From positions 128,001 through 192,000 of the forward strand of contig CAWDML010000006.1 in NCBI GenBank assembly GCA_963803435.1: a stretch of DNA of 64,000 bases, read 5' to 3'. Both the position numbers and the translations under genes were made by a program. The notes under the pieces are model-generated. The model did no database searches. It saw only the letters and a list, made by a program, of their open reading frames with translations, and was not told the DNA's origin. Position 1 is the first letter of the stretch; each line of letters starts with the position of its first letter. The DNA is from an uncultured delta proteobacterium. GTDB lineage: Bacteria; Myxococcota; Kuafuiibacteriia; Kuafuiibacteriales; Kuafuiibacteriaceae. Below are positions 1 through 9,205 of this stretch, one piece after another.

Positions 1-1086
1 CGTCACCGGGCTTTCCGACGCGGGCTCGAGCGGCATCCCGCACTCGGGGCACTTGTCGCCGCGTTTGCCCGTGACCTCCGGGTGCATCGGGCAGATCCAC
101 CGCGCACCGTCGATCACCTCGAGCGCCTCCTTCACGCGATCGGCGAACTCGTCATCGTCGAGGCCGAGCTCGAGCGCCTTCGCCAGGTACGGTCGCGCCG
201 CGGCGTAGTTGCCGTAGTGATAGTGCGCGTACCCAGCGTTGCCGAGATGGATCGCCCGGTCCGGCTCGACCTCGGCGGCGCGTTCGAAGGCGCGCGCCGC
301 CTTCTGGTAGTCGTAGCGGCGGAAGTACGCGAAGCCGAGGCTCGAGTAGGTGAAGGCGTCGTCGGGCGCGAGCTCGGTAGCGCGCTCGAGCGTCGAGATC
401 GCGCGGTCGAGCTGGTCGTCGTAGACGAGGTCACGGCCGAGGAGCGTGAGACACGCGACGTCGTCGGGATGCTCGCTGAGCGCTTCTGCCAGCACCGTCG
501 AGGAGGTGTCGGTGTTCTCGATGCGATCGCCCACCACCGCGGCGAAGCAGCGCGCGGCGGTGCTCCCTGCGTCGGCCAGCGCGCGATACTTCGAAAGCGC
601 CGGACCGTCCTGCCCCTGCTCCTGGAGCGCGCGCGCCTCGGAGAGCCCCTCCACCAGCCGCGACGCCGGGTAGATCTGATAGAGCATCAGATAGACGAGC
701 GGTCCGGTGACCGCGACGTAGAACCACATGTACCAGGTGATGCGCGCCAGCTTCTTGTGCTCGTCGAACGCGCCCCGCCAGGCCCGCGTCACCGTGACGA
801 TCACGAAGGGAAGATTGACCACGGCCAGGACCGTGTGCGTCGTCAGCAGCGTGAAGTAGACGGTCCGCACCGGGCCCGTCCCGGCGAACTTCGTCGCCCC
901 GTGGTGGTAGTGATAGACGAGGTAGCTCACCAAGAAGAGCGCCGAAAGGATCAGCGCCGCGGTCATCACCTTCTGATGCGATCGACGGCGACCGCGCTTG
1001 ATCAGGACCAGCCCGACCACCAAGAGGATCGCCACCGCGGAGTTGATGATCGCGTTGAGATGGGGCAGCGCGGACAACACGCCCAT
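1..1086 (-). CDS. DUF420 (CtaM-like) membrane domain fused to TPR repeats and a CPMHP heavy-metal-binding domain; 3' end runs off the window
   Basis: Hand translation from ATG 1086 is open to base 1: MGVLSALPHLNAIINS...FLVSYLVYHY...HKKLARITWYMWFYVAVTGPLVYLMLY, then TPR-like LERATELAPDDAFTYSSLGFAYF, then WICPMHPEV...KCPECGMPLEP. Not in the ORF track because there is no stop in the window. Confidence 0.85.
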   Translation of the reverse strand, partial: MGVLSALPHLNAIINSAVAILLVVGLVLIKRGRRRSHQKVMTAALILSALFLVSYLVYHYHHGATKFAGTGPVRTVYFTLLTTHTVLAVVNLPFVIVTVTRAWRGAFDEHKKLARITWYMWFYVAVTGPLVYLMLYQIYPASRLVEGLSEARALQEQGQDGPALSKYRALADAGSTAARCFAAVVGDRIENTDTSSTVLAEALSEHPDDVACLTLLGRDLVYDDQLDRAISTLERATELAPDDAFTYSSLGFAYFRRYDYQKAARAFERAAEVEPDRAIHLGNAGYAHYHYGNYAAARPYLAKALELGLDDDEFADRVKEALEVIDGARWICPMHPEVTGKRGDKCPECGMPLEPASESPVT

Positions 1087-1144
1087 GTGAGAGAGGGGCA
1101 TCGATCCGGCGCGCGTGGTCAAGCAAAACGAGCCGGGCGCGCGC

Positions 1145-1924
1145 TCATGGGAACTCTGCGCTCACCTCGACGGTGTCGCCCGCCTTCACCTCCACGTCCT
1201 TGGTCTTCTTGCCCAGCTTCCCGTGCTCGATCTCGAGCTGGTACTTGCCCGGCGGGACGTTTTCGATGGTGAAGCTGCCGTCGGGGCCGGTCACCGCGAA
1301 GAAGGGATTGTCCAGCACGCGCAGCGCCGCGTGCATCCACGGGTGCACCTCGCACGCGATCTTGCCCTCGAGGTCCTGCGCCTTGAACTTCCGCTCCGCC
1401 TTCATGCCCTGGGTCGGCATCGCCTGGTTGAACTCGCTCCGCTTCACGATCGCGTGCACGTTGTGCAGGAGCGGATCCGAGTTGGTGATGTCGAGCTCCT
1501 GACCGACCTGAATGGCGATCATCTTCGGGTGATAGACGCAGGCCTGCTGATCCAGCGTGATCGCGTCCGAGCGGACCGGCCACTTCTGGTCCGGAAGCCC
1601 GCTCGAGATCCGCACCAGGACCTCGGCGAGCTTGCCGCCGTCCACCATGACCTCGGGGATCGCGTGCGCCTTGTTGAGCTCCATGCACGTCTTATCCTTC
1701 TTCATGTCGACGACCTCGGGCTTGGGCGGGGTCCCCTCGAAGGTGATGGTGCCCTTGATCATCCCGGTGCCGCCGGTGTTGACCGGCGCCGGGGGCGGCT
1801 CGGGCGGCTTCTCCGGCGGGGGCGGCGGCGTCACCGGCTTCTCGGCGGGTTTCGGCTCTTCCTTCTTCTCGGCGGGGCAGGCGAAGAGGAGCAGCGCCGG
1901 GAGCGCAAACACGAGCTTCTTCAT
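1145..1924 (-). CDS. Lipoprotein with cupredoxin-like core and carboxypeptidase-regulatory-like Ig domain
   Basis: Lipobox LLFAC, Pro-rich linker, HNVH...CEVHPWM (His/Cys/His/Met type-1-copper-like spacing), C-terminal GSFTIENVPPGKY. Confidence 0.75.
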   Translation of the reverse strand: MKKLVFALPALLLFACPAEKKEEPKPAEKPVTPPPPPEKPPEPPPAPVNTGGTGMIKGTITFEGTPPKPEVVDMKKDKTCMELNKAHAIPEVMVDGGKLAEVLVRISSGLPDQKWPVRSDAITLDQQACVYHPKMIAIQVGQELDITNSDPLLHNVHAIVKRSEFNQAMPTQGMKAERKFKAQDLEGKIACEVHPWMHAALRVLDNPFFAVTGPDGSFTIENVPPGKYQLEIEHGKLGKKTKDVEVKAGDTVEVSAEFP

Positions 1925-1975
1925 GGGGCCCGCTTCTAACAAGCGCGCAGGACGCGCTGCAACGAGGCGGATTGG

Positions 1976-2920
1976 CTACTCGGTGGGCGCGTCTTCGGGC
2001 GGCGGCGGGGGCGGCGTCCACTCGGGCTGGTGGATCAGGCTGTCGCGGAGCTTCTCGGCCGCGGGCGTGTCCTTGATGGCGATCAGGCTCTCCACGAAGT
2101 ACGCGAGCGACCAGATGTCCTTGTCGTCGATCGAGCCCTTCCACATCGGCATGGCGGTACCGCCGATCCCGGAGGCGATCGTGCGGAACAGGTCCCGCCG
2201 GGTCACGACTCCGTCGATGTTCCCGGACCGCACCGTGTGGCGCGTGAAGTCGGGCGGGAGCAGCTTGTGCTTGTATGCCTCGGAGTACTTGGCCTCCGGA
2301 TAGTACATGCCCTCTCGGAACGCGCTCGTCGATCCCTGACCGGTGGCCTCGGCGGTGGCGTCCCAGATCTCCTGCTTGGTCGCGTACGCCGGGTGGCATT
2401 TCAGGCACTGCGCCAGCCCGTGATAGACGACCTTGCCGTGCGCGATGGCGTCCTTCTCGTTGCCGACCCACGGATCGTCGGTGATCTCGGTGGGCTCGCC
2501 GGGCTCGTCCTCGGTCCAGTAGGTGGAGAACGTCTTGATGTACTGGAGGACGTCCTTCAGGTCCTCCTCCGGAATCTCCCACGGGAGCATCGCGGTGCCC
2601 TTGAGGCCGCCGCGTACGATCCGGATCAGCTCGGTGTCCGGCGGAAGCTCGCCGGCCTCGACGCCGCCGAACTTGAAGGACGGCTCGGTGAAGTTGCGCG
2701 GCGGCGGGCGCAGGCCGATACCGGCAGGACCGCGGCCATTGCCCTTGTCGCCGTGGCAGGGGCGACAGTAGAGCATGTACTTCTCGTGCCCGTGCTCGAC
2801 GCGCTCGGCCGGAATGACCACGTCACCGGCGAGCTTCAGCGGCTCGGTGATCGGCTTGTAGTCGTAGCCGGGGCCGCAGGCGGCACAGAGGAAGAGCGCG
2901 ATCGGTGAGATGCTTTTCAT
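1976..2920 (-). CDS. Diheme cytochrome c lipoprotein, probable electron donor to the oxidase
   Basis: CRPCH and CLKCH, each followed by a GTAM distal-Met motif; lipobox LCAAC. Confidence 0.85.
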   Translation of the reverse strand: MKSISPIALFLCAACGPGYDYKPITEPLKLAGDVVIPAERVEHGHEKYMLYCRPCHGDKGNGRGPAGIGLRPPPRNFTEPSFKFGGVEAGELPPDTELIRIVRGGLKGTAMLPWEIPEEDLKDVLQYIKTFSTYWTEDEPGEPTEITDDPWVGNEKDAIAHGKVVYHGLAQCLKCHPAYATKQEIWDATAEATGQGSTSAFREGMYYPEAKYSEAYKHKLLPPDFTRHTVRSGNIDGVVTRRDLFRTIASGIGGTAMPMWKGSIDDKDIWSLAYFVESLIAIKDTPAAEKLRDSLIHQPEWTPPPPPPEDAPTE

Positions 2921-2956
2921 CGGCCGCGCCCTCCATAACGCGCGGCCGGACGCCAA

Positions 2957-3883
2957 TCAACCGAGAAGACGGTCGAGAACCATCAGGGCCAGCAGCACGG
3001 GAAGGTAGGTGATCGACGCGAAGAACGCCGAGCGCGCCTGCGAGGGTGAGGCGCTGGCGGCGAAGCGCACGCCGGCGATGAGGAAGAGCCCGCCGGCGAT
3101 CACCGCCCCGATTCCATACACCGGGCCGAGCAGACCGAGGGCCAGCGGTGCGAGGCTCGCGGCCAGGAGGACGCCGCAGCCCACCGCGACCTGACGCCCG
3201 ACCCGCCGGGCGTCCTGCGACACGAAGCGAAAGCCCGCCTGGTGATAGTCCTCGCGGTACATGAATCCGAGCGCGAGAAAGTGCGGGAACTGCCATGCGA
3301 AGAGGATGCAGAAGAGCGCGGCGCCGCCCAGACCGATCTCGCCGGTCACCGTGGACCAGCCCATCACGGGCGGGAGCGCGCCGACGATCGCGCCGATCCA
3401 AACTGCGACAGGGCCCTTCCGCTTGAGCGGCGTGTACAGCGCCGCGTAGACCCCGCCGCTGATCAGCGAGAGGATCGCAGGCCAGGGACCGCAGAAGATC
3501 GCCAGATCCGCGAAGCCCCAGACGAAGAGCACCACCGCGAAGGCGCTCGCCTCCCCGGCCGACACGCGCCCGGACGGGATCGGACGGCCGCGGGTCCGGC
3601 GCATGCGCGCGTCGTGGTCGCGCTCGAGGACCATGTTGAGGGTACAGGCACCGGCGGCGGTGAGCGCGGTGCCGAGCACCAGGTAGGCGAGCCGTATCCA
3701 GTCGGTGCCGGGGACCGCGCTCGACGCGAGATAGAACCCGAGCACCGCGGTGACCACGACCAGCGCGGAGAGGTTGGGCTTCGACAGCTCGTAGAACGCG
3801 CGCGCGCGCGCACCCGGAGAGAGGGACGTCGCCGGCAGGAAGCTCGAAGCGCCGCCCGAATGATCGACCGGATTGACCGACAC
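2957..3883 (-). CDS. ctaB: Protoheme IX farnesyltransferase (heme o synthase)
   Basis: ELSKP, NMVLERDHDARMRRTRGRPIPSG, YTPLKR, WQFPHF motifs. Confidence 0.95.
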   Translation of the reverse strand: MSVNPVDHSGGASSFLPATSLSPGARARAFYELSKPNLSALVVVTAVLGFYLASSAVPGTDWIRLAYLVLGTALTAAGACTLNMVLERDHDARMRRTRGRPIPSGRVSAGEASAFAVVLFVWGFADLAIFCGPWPAILSLISGGVYAALYTPLKRKGPVAVWIGAIVGALPPVMGWSTVTGEIGLGGAALFCILFAWQFPHFLALGFMYREDYHQAGFRFVSQDARRVGRQVAVGCGVLLAASLAPLALGLLGPVYGIGAVIAGGLFLIAGVRFAASASPSQARSAFFASITYLPVLLALMVLDRLLG

Positions 3884-4001
3884 GCGTGCTTCGACTCGTA
3901 TGAAGACCCGCCGATCCAGTCAAGCGCGATCCCGGCTGCAACGATCGCGTATGTCGTGGACGTAACGCCGAAATCCCTCAGTGTCGTTTGGCAACAAGGC
4001 C

Positions 4002-4030
4002 TTGTCGCCTCCTCGGTCGCGTGCTATTCC
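4002..4030 (+). promoter_or_regulatory. Putative sigma70-type promoter of the cox operon
   Basis: TTGTCG-N17-TATTCC with extended -10 TG, ending 9 nt before the TTG at 4040. Confidence 0.35.
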
Positions 4031-4039
4031 GGCCGCGCT

Positions 4040-4696
4040 TTGGCTGAAGCAGCAGGGCATCATCACGACCCCACCATCCTCCCTCAAGACTACCCCGAGG
4101 ATGCTCATTACGGGCGCGCCACCGCGGGCAAGATCGGGATGTGGATCTTTCTCCTGTCGGATGCCTTCTCGTTCGGCGGCCTGTTGCTCGCCTACGGCAT
4201 CCTGCGGGGCGGAACGGTCGGTTCGTGGCATGGCGCCTCGGAGCCGAGGCTCGGGATCAACTTCACCGCTGGCCTGACCTTCATCCTGATCGCATCGAGC
4301 GTGTGCATGGTGATGGCCTACGCGGCGGCCGTCGAGCGCAACCGCAAGGGCATGGTCATGTGGCTCGGCTTCACCGCCCTCGGCGGCATCCTCTTCCTCT
4401 GTGGCCAGGCGCAGGAGTACTTCGGGACGTTCCACATGCTCTTCGGGAGCGAGGGTTTGATCGCGGAGGGCCTGCACTTCGGCCACTCGCACTACGCCAC
4501 CACGTTCTTCTGCATCACCAGCTTCCACGGCGCCCACGTCTTCACCGGCGTCTGCTATCTCACCATCACCATGTTCCGGGCGATGGCCGGCAAATACGAC
4601 AACGGCGACTTCAACGAGATCGAGATCGCCGGCCTCTTCTGGCACTTCGTGGATCTGGTCTGGATCCTCGTTTTCACGTTCGTCTACCTCCTCTGA
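4040..4696 (+). CDS. ctaE: Heme-copper oxidase subunit III, first copy (start TTG 4040 or ATG 4139)
   Basis: GMWIFLLSD, FFCITSFHGAHV, GLFWHFVDLVWI. Confidence 0.92.
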   Translation: MAEAAGHHHDPTILPQDYPEDAHYGRATAGKIGMWIFLLSDAFSFGGLLLAYGILRGGTVGSWHGASEPRLGINFTAGLTFILIASSVCMVMAYAAAVERNRKGMVMWLGFTALGGILFLCGQAQEYFGTFHMLFGSEGLIAEGLHFGHSHYATTFFCITSFHGAHVFTGVCYLTITMFRAMAGKYDNGDFNEIEIAGLFWHFVDLVWILVFTFVYLL

Positions 4697-4710
4697 GACG
4701 AGGCAGAGCA

Positions 4711-5031
4711 ATGTCATCAGCAGCAGGCAGCAAACCGCATGTCGACCGCAAGCAATACCTGAGAGTGTTCCTGGCCCTCACGGTCCTGACCGCGCTCGAG
4801 GTCGGCGTCGTCTACGTCCCGGGGATCGAAAAGATCTACATCGGCACGGCGCTGGTCTCGCTGGCGCTCGGCAAGGCGTGGACGGTCGGGTGGTTCTTCA
4901 TGCACCTGGGCCACGAGACCCGGCACCTGAAAGGGACGGTCGTGCTCCCGTTCGCCTTCCCGGCGATCTACGCGTTCGTGCTCATCGCAGAGGCGGCGTG
5001 GCGGTTCTCGCACGGATTGGGACGACTATGA
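4711..5031 (+). CDS. ctaF: Cytochrome c oxidase subunit IV family
   Basis: YLRVFLALTVLTALEV...KAWTVGWFFMHL; position within cox operon. Confidence 0.85.
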   Translation: MSSAAGSKPHVDRKQYLRVFLALTVLTALEVGVVYVPGIEKIYIGTALVSLALGKAWTVGWFFMHLGHETRHLKGTVVLPFAFPAIYAFVLIAEAAWRFSHGLGRL

Positions 5032-5252
5032 AGACGCTGGTCCTGCTCCTGGTCCTGCTCACGGCGACCCCCGCGTTCGCCTGCCCGCAGTGCGCCCTCA
5101 ACCAGAAGGCCGGTCTGGGCAGCTGGTTCATCCTGGCAGGGATGATCACGTTCCCGTTCGTCGTCGTCGGCGGCGTGCTCTTCGTCCTCCGGAAGATGGC
5201 GATCTCCGGGACCGAGCAGGAGTGCCTGGCGATGGGAGAGAGTCGAAAATGA
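5028..5252 (+). CDS. Small exported/membrane protein with N-terminal CxxC
   Basis: Signal peptide ending AFA, then CPQC, then one TM helix; ATGA overlaps with both neighbours. Confidence 0.7.
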   Translation: MKTLVLLLVLLTATPAFACPQCALNQKAGLGSWFILAGMITFPFVVVGGVLFVLRKMAISGTEQECLAMGESRK

Positions 5253-6076
5253 GCGCTCGAAAAACTGCAAGCCTGCTTGCCGTGTTCGCCGGCCTGGCCT
5301 TCGCCGGCACGGCGAGGGCCGCCGGGCTCTCGATGCCCCGCGACGTCTCGACGTACGGCGAGAGCATCACCTGGCTCATCGACATCACGAACGTCTTCTG
5401 CGGGATTCTGTTCGTCATCATGCTCGTCTGGATGGGGATCGCCTTTTTCAAGCACGGGCGGAGTCACAAGGCCGAGTACGATCACGGAGACGCCAAGAAG
5501 CAGATCCAGAAGGCGGCGCTCTTATCTGCGGCCATCTTCTTCGTGGTCGACGGCAACCTGTGGGTCAACTCCACGAAGGACGTGAACGGGATCTTCTGGA
5601 ACTGGGAGAAGCCGCTCCAGGATCCGAACCACGTCAAGATCGAGATCCAGGCCCGCCAGTGGATCTGGCAGGCGCGCTACGCCGGCCCCGACGGCGTCTT
5701 CAACACCGCGGACGACGCCCTCTCCGACAACGACATCCGGGTCCCGGTCGACACGCCGGTCATCCTGCAGCTCGCGTCGCCGGACGTCATCCATACCTTC
5801 AGCCTCATGAACTTCCGCATCAAGCAGGACGCGACCCCCGGAATGATCAACAACATGTGGTTCCAGGGGAAAGAGAAGGGGAAGTTCGAGATCACGTGCT
5901 TCCAGCACTGCGGCGTCAATCACTACAAGATGCGCGGCATCCTCACGGTCACGTCCCGCGAAGAATTCGACAAGTGGATCGCGCTCAAGGTGAGGGACGG
6001 CCAGTCCGTCTGGGATGACAAGGACACCGAGGCCCACTGGGGCTGGTCCTGGAAGAACGTGAAGGGCAAGAAGTAG
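5249..6076 (+). CDS. ctaC: Cytochrome c oxidase subunit II (CuA)
   Basis: ARQWIW, SPDVIHTF, CFQHCGVNHYKM CuA ligands. Confidence 0.93.
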   Translation: MSARKTASLLAVFAGLAFAGTARAAGLSMPRDVSTYGESITWLIDITNVFCGILFVIMLVWMGIAFFKHGRSHKAEYDHGDAKKQIQKAALLSAAIFFVVDGNLWVNSTKDVNGIFWNWEKPLQDPNHVKIEIQARQWIWQARYAGPDGVFNTADDALSDNDIRVPVDTPVILQLASPDVIHTFSLMNFRIKQDATPGMINNMWFQGKEKGKFEITCFQHCGVNHYKMRGILTVTSREEFDKWIALKVRDGQSVWDDKDTEAHWGWSWKNVKGKK

Positions 6077-6084
6077 GAGCTGTC

Positions 6085-7871
6085 ATGGTCGACCTTCAGC
6101 CGATTCACCCCCCACCGACCTCGTTCTTCCGGAAATACGTCTGGTCGCTGGACCACAAGGTCATCGCGAAGCAGTTTCTGTGGACGGGTCTCTTCTTCCT
6201 CGCGTTCGGCGGGACGCTCGCCTACCTGATCCGTTGGCAGTGGGCGTACCCGGGCGATCCGATCCCGCTGCTCGGGAGCATGTTCTTCAAGAGCTCGGGG
6301 GGCGCGATGACGCCGTCCGGCTACAACAGCACATTCACGATGCACGGGCTGATCATGATCTTCTGGGCCATCACCCCGGTGATGATCGGGTGCTTCGGGA
6401 ACTTCTGCATCCCGCTGATGATCGGCGCCCGCGACATGGCCTTCCCGGTCCTGAACAAGCTCTCGTTCTGGGTCTTCGCGCTCTCCGGGGCGCTGATCAT
6501 CTCCGCGTTCCTGGTCCCGATGGGCGCCGCCGGCGCGGGCTGGACCACCTACGCCCCGCTCTCGACGAACGTCGGCATGCCGGGCGCCGGACAGAGCCTG
6601 GTGGTGGCCGGGATCTTCGTCACCGGCATCGCGACCATCATGGGCAGCGTCAACTACGTCACCACGGTGATCCGACTGCGGGCACCGGGGATGACGTACA
6701 TGCGCATGCCGTTGACCGTGTGGGGCCTCTGGCTCACCGCGATCCTCAACGTCCTCTTCGTGCCCGTGCTCGGCTCGGCCGGCCTGCTCCTCCTGCTCGA
6801 TCGCTGCTTCGGGACCCAGTTCTTCGTGGCCGGCGCCTCAGGCGTGAACGGCGGCGGCGATCCGATCCTCTTCCAGCACCTCTTCTGGATCTTCGGCCAC
6901 CCCGAGGTCTACATCCTGATCCTCCCCGCGTGGGGCTTCATCGGCGACCTGGTCGCCTTCTTCTCGCGCAAGCCGCACTACTGGTACAAGGGCACCGTCT
7001 ACGCCATGTCGATGGTGACGATCCTCTCCGCGGTCGTCTACGGCCACCACATGTTCCTCACGGGAATGAGCCCCATGCTCGGCCAGACCTTCATGCTCTT
7101 CACGCTGATCATCAGCGTGCCGGCCGAGATCCTGTTCCTGAACTGGCTGCACACGATCTGGAAGGGATCCATCCGCTTCGAGCTGCCGATGCTGTTCGCG
7201 CTCGGCGGCATCTTCGTCTTCGGCCTGGGCGGCCTCACCGGCCTCTCCCTCGGCACCATCTCGACCGACCTGGAGCTGCACGACACGATGTGGGTCGTCG
7301 GTCACTTCCACCTGACCATGGCCTCGGCCGCGTTCCTGGGCAGCCTGGGCGCCCTCACTTCTGGTTCCCCAAGATGTTCGGCCGACAGATGAACCCGACC
7401 CTGGGCAAGATCCACTTCTGGATCACCTTCCTCGGGTTGAACGGCGTGTTCATCGGGCAGCTCCTGGCGGGCTACGCAGGGCAGCCGCGCTGGTTCTTCG
7501 ACCCCTATCAGTACGAGTACCTGGCGCACCTGCGCACGCTGAACCGCGTCGTCAGCTACTTCGCCTTCGTGCTGATCGGCGGACAGGCCTTCTTCGTCGT
7601 CAACTTCTTCATGAGCGTCTTCGCCGGAAAGAAGGCGGAGAAGAACCCCTGGGAGGTCGGCACGCTCGAGTGGGAGCTCTCCTCGCCGCCGCCGGTCCAC
7701 AACTTCGACGTCATCCCGACGGTCGTGCGTGGACCCCACGAGTTCAACAACCCCGAGTACGTGAAGAAGCTCGGCCGCGACTGGATCAGCCAGACCGAGC
7801 CGCTTCCCGGTGAAGAGCCGTCGGCCCACGAGGAAGCCGAAGAGGGCGGAGCCGCCGCCGCTTCCGCGTGA
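6085..7871 (+). CDS. ctaD: Heme-copper oxidase subunit I with A1-type motif; one-base deletion near 7356 splits the ORF
   Basis: TMHG, RDMAFP, GHPEVY, GHHM, HDT, GHFH; gcc ctc (t)ac ttc tgg restores ALYFWFPKMFGR. Confidence 0.93.
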
Positions 7872-8470
7872 TGGTCGCCTTGACCGGTCGCGTCCTCCCG
7901 TACCCCCCGCCAGACGCCGAGAAGCGCAAGACCGCTTTCCTCGGCATGATCGTCTTCATCGCCTCGTGGACGATGATGTTCGGCGTCATGTTCTTCGTGT
8001 ACGGCGCGATGCGGATCGCCGCCGACGCCTGGCCGCCGCTCGGCCTGCCCTTGCTCCCCATCGCGATGCCCACGGTCAATGTGGGGGTGCTGCTCCTCAG
8101 TAGCCTCGCGCTCGAGTGGGGGCTCCGGGAGATCGCCAACGGCCGCCCCAAGCGGCTCGCCCCCGGGGTCTACGTTGCCGCGCTCCTCGGGGTCGTGTTC
8201 TGCGGGATCCAGTGGATGGTGGGCGTCGAGCTGTTCCAACAGGGGCTCACCTTCGATCGGGGCGCCTACGCAGCGGCCTGCTACGGCTTCGCGATCATCC
8301 ACGCGGCCCACGTGGCCATCGGCGTGCTCGCCCTGCTCTACCTGGCCGTGCGCGCCTCGACCGGCGCGTACACCACGCCGCGCCACCTCTCGGTCCGCCT
8401 CTGGGCCATCTACTGGCACTTCGTCGGCGTGGTCTGGCTCGCGATCTATCTGCTGGTCATCGTTCTCTGA
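7868..8470 (+). CDS. Heme-copper oxidase subunit III, second copy
   Basis: LGMIVFIAS, HAAHV, IYWHFVGVVW. Confidence 0.88.
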   Translation: MMVALTGRVLPYPPPDAEKRKTAFLGMIVFIASWTMMFGVMFFVYGAMRIAADAWPPLGLPLLPIAMPTVNVGVLLLSSLALEWGLREIANGRPKRLAPGVYVAALLGVVFCGIQWMVGVELFQQGLTFDRGAYAAACYGFAIIHAAHVAIGVLALLYLAVRASTGAYTTPRHLSVRLWAIYWHFVGVVWLAIYLLVIVL

Positions 8471-8471
8471 G

Positions 8472-9158
8472 TCACTCCATCGCCTGCTCGCTCAGATACG
8501 CGATGTCCTTCAAGAGCTGCTGGATGCCCTGCGGGTCGGCGTCGTAGTAGCCGCGGATCTGCAGGTGCTGATCGACCAGCACGAAGCGGGTGCCGTGCGT
8601 GATGGTCATCAGCGCGTCGTCGACGCCCTCTTCGGGATCGTCCTTCTCCATCGGGAGCTTGAAGCCCTTGACCACGGCCGTCTTCACGGCCTCGAGATCG
8701 CCGGTGAGGAAGCGCCAGCGGATGTGGTTCGCCTTGTGCTTGGTCGCGTACTCGTAGAGCACCTCGGGCGTGTCGTTCTCCGGATCCACGCTGAAGGAGA
8801 TCAAGTGCATGGCGTCGCGCATGTAGCGGAGGTGCTTCTGGAGCTTGCTCATCTCCGTGGTGAGCTGCTCGCAGCGCGTGGGGCAATGAGTGAAGACGAA
8901 GTCTGCGACCCAGATCTTGCCGTCGAGGTCCTTGCTGCCGAACGCGTGGCCCATCTGATCGGTCAGCGAGAACTCGGGGACCTGATAGAAGACCTTGGGC
9001 GGGTCGGCGCGCGGCTTGGAGAAGAAGATGGCGCGGCCCAGGTGGTAGCTGAACGCCAGCGCCACCCAGCCGATCCAGAACCAGGGATTGCCGACCCAGC
9101 GACCCAGTCGGTTGCCGGAGGCCTGATCAGGTTGAATTGCGGAGGTCTCGCCCGTCAT
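8472..9158 (-). CDS. SCO/SenC copper chaperone
   Basis: FVFTHCPTRC (CxxxC), SFSVDPENDTPE, distal His in THG. Confidence 0.93.
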   Translation of the reverse strand: MTGETSAIQPDQASGNRLGRWVGNPWFWIGWVALAFSYHLGRAIFFSKPRADPPKVFYQVPEFSLTDQMGHAFGSKDLDGKIWVADFVFTHCPTRCEQLTTEMSKLQKHLRYMRDAMHLISFSVDPENDTPEVLYEYATKHKANHIRWRFLTGDLEAVKTAVVKGFKLPMEKDDPEEGVDDALMTITHGTRFVLVDQHLQIRGYYDADPQGIQQLLKDIAYLSEQAME

Positions 9159-9205
9159 GAACCCGATCGAGGTACGCCCCGGGTCCCAGGCTGTCCAGCG
9201 CGAAG

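Noticed and set aside
6085-7871. Subunit I as a nitric oxide reductase or a naturally split gene
   Set aside because: The cross-link Tyr of HPEVY, the D-channel and subunits III/IV are present; one added base restores the frame.
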